From Erysipelotrichaceae bacterium (GTDB lineage Bacteria; Bacillota_I; Bacilli_A; Erysipelotrichales; Erysipelotrichaceae), in the NCBI GenBank assembly GCA_963663995.1, contig OY760660.1, positions 1,140,001 through 1,172,000 on the forward strand: a DNA stretch of 32,000 nt, in the 5' to 3' direction. How positions within the stretch are numbered: the first letter of the stretch is position 1; every line of letters starts with the position of its first letter. Under the pieces are notes generated by a model. It made no database searches and was not told the origin of the DNA. It saw only the letters and a program-made list of their open reading frames with translations. Of the stretch, positions 28,928-32,000 are shown one piece after another. Position numbers and translations under genes: made by a program.

Positions 28928-29887
28928 TTATTCGTAAACTTTGAAGCCCATACCCATTTCAATGAGTTTTTCTTTGACTTCTTTAAGTGATTTTTTACCT
29001 AAGTTACGAACTCTCATCATTTCTTCTTCAGAACGTTGTGTGAGTTCATCAACTGTTTGAATGCCAGCACGTTTTAGGCAGTTGTATGAACGAACAGAAA
29101 GATCTAAATCTTCGATCATCATAACCATACCTTTATTTGAGCTGTCAGCTGTGTTTTCTTTTACTAAAGAATCCATTTCAGCCACTTGTTCGTTAATGTT
29201 TGCGAATAGATCTAAGTGGTCCATCAATACTTTAGCACCTAACGCAATAGCGTCTTGTGGAGTAATTGAACCATTTGTCCAAACTTCAAAAACTAAACGA
29301 TCGTATTTAGCATCTTGGCCAACACGTGTAGGTTCTACATTGTAGCTAACACGTTCAATAGGTGTAAAGATAGAATCTGTAAAGATTGTACCAATACCTT
29401 GAGTTGAACCTTGATGAAGGACTTTATTTTGATCAGCAGAAATATATCCACGACCATTTTTGACCTTTAATTCCATATCGAGAACAGCATTATCTTCAAG
29501 TGTTGCGATGACTAAGTCTTTATTTAAAACTTCGACATTTGCAGGACACTCAATATCTGCTCCAGTTACAACTTTGCTACCTTTCGCATTAATGCGGCAA
29601 GTATAAATGTCATCATCAGATACAGATAGGATTAAATCCTTTAAGTTTAAGATGATGGTTGTAACATCTTCAACCACTCCAGGAATGGATGTGAATTCGT
29701 GATAAACCCCCTCAACCTTAATCGAATAAACGGCTGCGCCTGGTAGTGAGGAAAGTAGAACCCTTCTTAAAGCGTTTCCGAGAGTCGTCCCAAAACCTCT
29801 TTCAAGGGGTTGGATCTCGAATTTACCATAATGTTTGTCTTCAACGTATTCTTTAATTTCAAATTGTGCACGTTCAAATTTTTGCAT
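28928..29887 (-). CDS. rpoA: DNA-directed RNA polymerase alpha subunit
   Basis: 319 aa. N-terminal assembly domain (GTTLGNALRRVLLSS) and C-terminal domain (LSVRSYNCLKRAGI). Confidence 0.97.
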   Translation of the reverse strand: MQKFERAQFEIKEYVEDKHYGKFEIQPLERGFGTTLGNALRRVLLSSLPGAAVYSIKVEGVYHEFTSIPGVVEDVTTIILNLKDLILSVSDDDIYTCRINAKGSKVVTGADIECPANVEVLNKDLVIATLEDNAVLDMELKVKNGRGYISADQNKVLHQGSTQGIGTIFTDSIFTPIERVSYNVEPTRVGQDAKYDRLVFEVWTNGSITPQDAIALGAKVLMDHLDLFANINEQVAEMDSLVKENTADSSNKGMVMMIEDLDLSVRSYNCLKRAGIQTVDELTQRSEEEMMRVRNLGKKSLKEVKEKLIEMGMGFKVYE

Positions 29888-29908
29888 GTTCTTCCTCCTG
29901 TCTCTTCA

Positions 29909-30301
29909 CTAACCGCGTGGTCTCTTAGGTGGACGACAGCCGTTGTGAGGAATAGGAGTAATATCATTAATCATAGTGATATTTAAACCTGCTGTTTGAA
30001 GTGAACGGACAGCTGATTCACGACCAGGACCGACACCTTTAACAAGTACTTCAACTGTACGCATACCGTGATCAACCGCAGCTTTTGCAGCGGCGAGTGA
30101 TGCTTCTTGAGCAGCGTAAGGAGTTGATTTACGAGAACCTTTGTAACCTAACGCACCCGCACTTGACCAAGATAATACATTACCTTGTTCGTCAGTGATT
30201 GTAACGATGGTGTTATTGAAGGTTGTATGAATATGTGCCACGCCTTTTGCTATATTCTTACGAACGCGTTTTTTACGTGATGTTGCTTTTGCTTTAGCCA
30301 T
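29909..30301 (-). CDS. rpsK: 30S ribosomal protein S11
   Basis: 130 aa, ...[17 protein letters not shown]-terminus. Confidence 0.97.
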   Translation of the reverse strand: MAKAKATSRKKRVRKNIAKGVAHIHTTFNNTIVTITDEQGNVLSWSSAGALGYKGSRKSTPYAAQEASLAAAKAAVDHGMRTVEVLVKGVGPGRESAVRSLQTAGLNITMINDITPIPHNGCRPPKRPRG

Positions 30302-30314
30302 ATTGTTTTACCTC

Positions 30315-30680
30315 CTATTTCTTCTTATTGGCCACGGTGCGACGTGGACCTTTACGTGTACGCGCATTAGTACGTGTACGTTGTCCTCTTACAGGTAGAC
30401 CTCTTCTGTGACGAATGCCACGGTAAGAAGCAATTTCCATAAGACGTTTAATGTTGAGGTTAACTTCACGACGAAGGTCACCTTCAACTCTGAATTTTTC
30501 TACTTCTGTACGGATTAAGTTTACTTGATCTTCCGTAAGATCTTTAACGCGGATATCTTCTGATACGCCGCTAGCTTTTAAAATATCTTCCGCTCTTGAG
30601 CGTCCGATTCCATAAATATAGGTTAATGAGACAACCACACGCTTATTTTGTGGAATGTCAATACCTGCGATACGAGCCAT
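30315..30680 (-). CDS. rpsM: 30S ribosomal protein S13
   Basis: 121 aa, [27 protein letters not shown]-terminus. Confidence 0.97.
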   Translation of the reverse strand: MARIAGIDIPQNKRVVVSLTYIYGIGRSRAEDILKASGVSEDIRVKDLTEDQVNLIRTEVEKFRVEGDLRREVNLNIKRLMEIASYRGIRHRRGLPVRGQRTRTNARTRKGPRRTVANKKK

Positions 30681-30697
30681 TGATTAAGTCTCCTCCC

Positions 30698-30811
30698 TTA
30701 TCCTTGACGTTGTTTGTGCTTTGGATTTTCACAAATGATCATGACGCGGCCTTTGCGCTTAATCACACGGCACTTGTCACAGATTGGTTTGACAGATGGT
30801 CTTACTTTCAT
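30698..30811 (-). CDS. rpmJ: 50S ribosomal protein L36
   Basis: Not in the ORF track. Manual translation gives [37 protein letters not shown] (37 aa, CxxC...CxxxxH zinc ribbon). AAGGAG RBS. Canonical position between infA and rpsM. Confidence 0.95.
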   Translation of the reverse strand: MKVRPSVKPICDKCRVIKRKGRVMIICENPKHKQRQG

Positions 30812-30830
30812 ACTGTTTACTCCTTGACAC

Positions 30831-31049
30831 CTATTTGTGTCTAAATGTTATACGCCCACGTGTTAAATCATAAGGTGAGATTTCGACAGTTACGCGATCG
30901 CCCGGTAAAATGCGAATGTAATGCATACGGATTTTACCAGAAACGTGAGCTTTTAGCGTATGTCCATTTTCTAATCTCACATCAAATGTTGTATTAGGTA
31001 ATACCTTTTCTACAACACCTTGTACTTCTATCACATCTTGTTTAGCCAT
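30831..31049 (-). CDS. infA: Translation initiation factor IF-1
   Basis: 72 aa S1-like OB fold, [30 protein letters not shown]... Ends with TAG. Confidence 0.97.
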   Translation of the reverse strand: MAKQDVIEVQGVVEKVLPNTTFDVRLENGHTLKAHVSGKIRMHYIRILPGDRVTVEISPYDLTRGRITFRHK

Positions 31050-31809
31050 TGGTTTCCTCCTTTGATAGTTGTGTTAGGATTTCAAAACCTTCTTCGGTAA
31101 CCACAATCGTGTGTTCATAATGAGCACTCAAGCTACCATCTTTGGTCTTGACTGTCCATTCATCTGAAAGAACTTTAGTATGTGGTTTCCCTGCATGAAC
31201 CATGGGTTCAATTGCTAGGCACATCCCTTTTTTGAGTCGAGGACCAACCCCAGCAGTTCCATGATTAGGCACAGCTGGATCTTCATGTAAATGAGAACCA
31301 ATTCCGTGTCCTGTGTATTCATAAGGAACAGTATACCCATGATCGTAGACATAATCTCCGATAGCAGCTGAGATATCACCTAAGTGTGCTCCCGCTTTTA
31401 CCCTTTCAAGTCCTACAAAGAGACTCTCTTTAGTTACATCCATTAATCTTTGGGCTTCATCACTGATTTTCCCCACCGCATAAGTCCATGCACTATCGCC
31501 ATGATAACCTTTGTAGTTTGCACCGATATCGACTGATACAATATCACCTTCAACAAGTAATCTGTGATCAGGTATACCATGCACCAAAGTATCATTTACA
31601 GATACACATGTAGCAGCTGGAAAGCCGCCATAACCTTTAAACGATGGAGTCGCCTGATGTGATAGGATTACAGCTTCAACGACTTTGTCGATATCCGCTG
31701 TACTGATGCCAGGCTTTATTGCTTCACTCACAGCTTTGTGAGCTAAGGCAACAATTTCTCCCGCTTTACGCATCAGATCTAATTCGCGGGGAGATTTCGT
31801 CGTAATCAT
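31042..31809 (-). CDS. map: Type I methionine aminopeptidase
   Basis: 255 aa. Metal ligands in [31 protein letters not shown] and HYEHT. Confidence 0.96.
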   Translation of the reverse strand: MITTKSPRELDLMRKAGEIVALAHKAVSEAIKPGISTADIDKVVEAVILSHQATPSFKGYGGFPAATCVSVNDTLVHGIPDHRLLVEGDIVSVDIGANYKGYHGDSAWTYAVGKISDEAQRLMDVTKESLFVGLERVKAGAHLGDISAAIGDYVYDHGYTVPYEYTGHGIGSHLHEDPAVPNHGTAGVGPRLKKGMCLAIEPMVHAGKPHTKVLSDEWTVKTKDGSLSAHYEHTIVVTEEGFEILTQLSKEETNG

Positions 31810-32000
31810 TATAGTGAACTCAAAACTTGGTCTATTTGAGCAAATACTTCATCAATAGGCTTGGAAGCATCAATATCATGTACCAAGTTATCTTTCCCAT
31901 AAAGATCTAAGACAGGTTGTGTTTGCAAAACGTGTTCTTGAAGACGAGTTGCTAACATTTCTGCGTTATCATCTGAACGATGAACGAGTTCATGTCCACA
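31809..32000 (-). CDS. adk: Adenylate kinase, C-terminal part (gene continues beyond the window)
   Basis: Manual translation gives ...[63 protein letters not shown], stop TAA 31811..31809 overlapping the map ATG (TAATG). LID-domain R-DD motif and canonical position before map. Confidence 0.85.
   Translation of the reverse strand, partial: CGHELVHRSDDNAEMLATRLQEHVLQTQPVLDLYGKDNLVHDIDASKPIDEVFAQIDQVLSSL

Overview
This is an AT-rich chromosomal segment of low-GC Firmicutes (Bacillota) type that uses the standard code (TGA, TAA and TAG all terminate genes here). 37 of 40 protein-coding calls and all five tRNAs lie on the minus strand. Reading the minus strand from 32000 downwards: adk (3' end), map, infA, rpmJ (missing from the ORF track), rpsM, rpsK, rpoA, rplQ. 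Next comes a complete pyrimidine operon, pyrR-pyrB-pyrC-carA-carB-pyrK-pyrD-pyrF-pyrE, with a PyrR-type attenuator leader and a second terminator hairpin between pyrR and pyrB. This is followed by a 156-aa membrane-anchored hypothetical, ecfA1-ecfA2-ecfT-truA, a coupled trio (PHP phosphatase, YhfC/CPBP-type intramembrane protease, lipoprotein) and rplM-rpsI. A patchy accessory stretch (about 6.9-11.8 kb) follows. It holds a YdeN-like hydrolase, tRNA-Ile/tRNA-Ala, a MATE exporter, tRNA-Asn/tRNA-Glu, an apparently intact IS3-family element and a GNAT gene (the only plus-strand genes), and tRNA-Lys. The window ends with a livJHMGF-type branched-chain amino-acid ABC operon carrying a CBS-ACT tail gene, a 552-bp ORF-free spacer, a thioredoxin-reductase-like flavoprotein and a Nudix gene interrupted by an in-frame TAG. 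I see no CRISPR array, no rRNA, and no convincing novel multi-gene system such as a defence island. The points worth a second look are small-scale: the Nudix amber codon, a TrxR-like protein lacking the NADPH motifs, the empty spacer with a tiny hydrophobic ORF, the IS3 insertion geometry, the two insertions into the conserved rplQ-ecfAAT-truA-rplM synteny, and the pyr attenuator architecture. All calls come from reading the sequence and ORF translations by eye. No database search or folding program was run.
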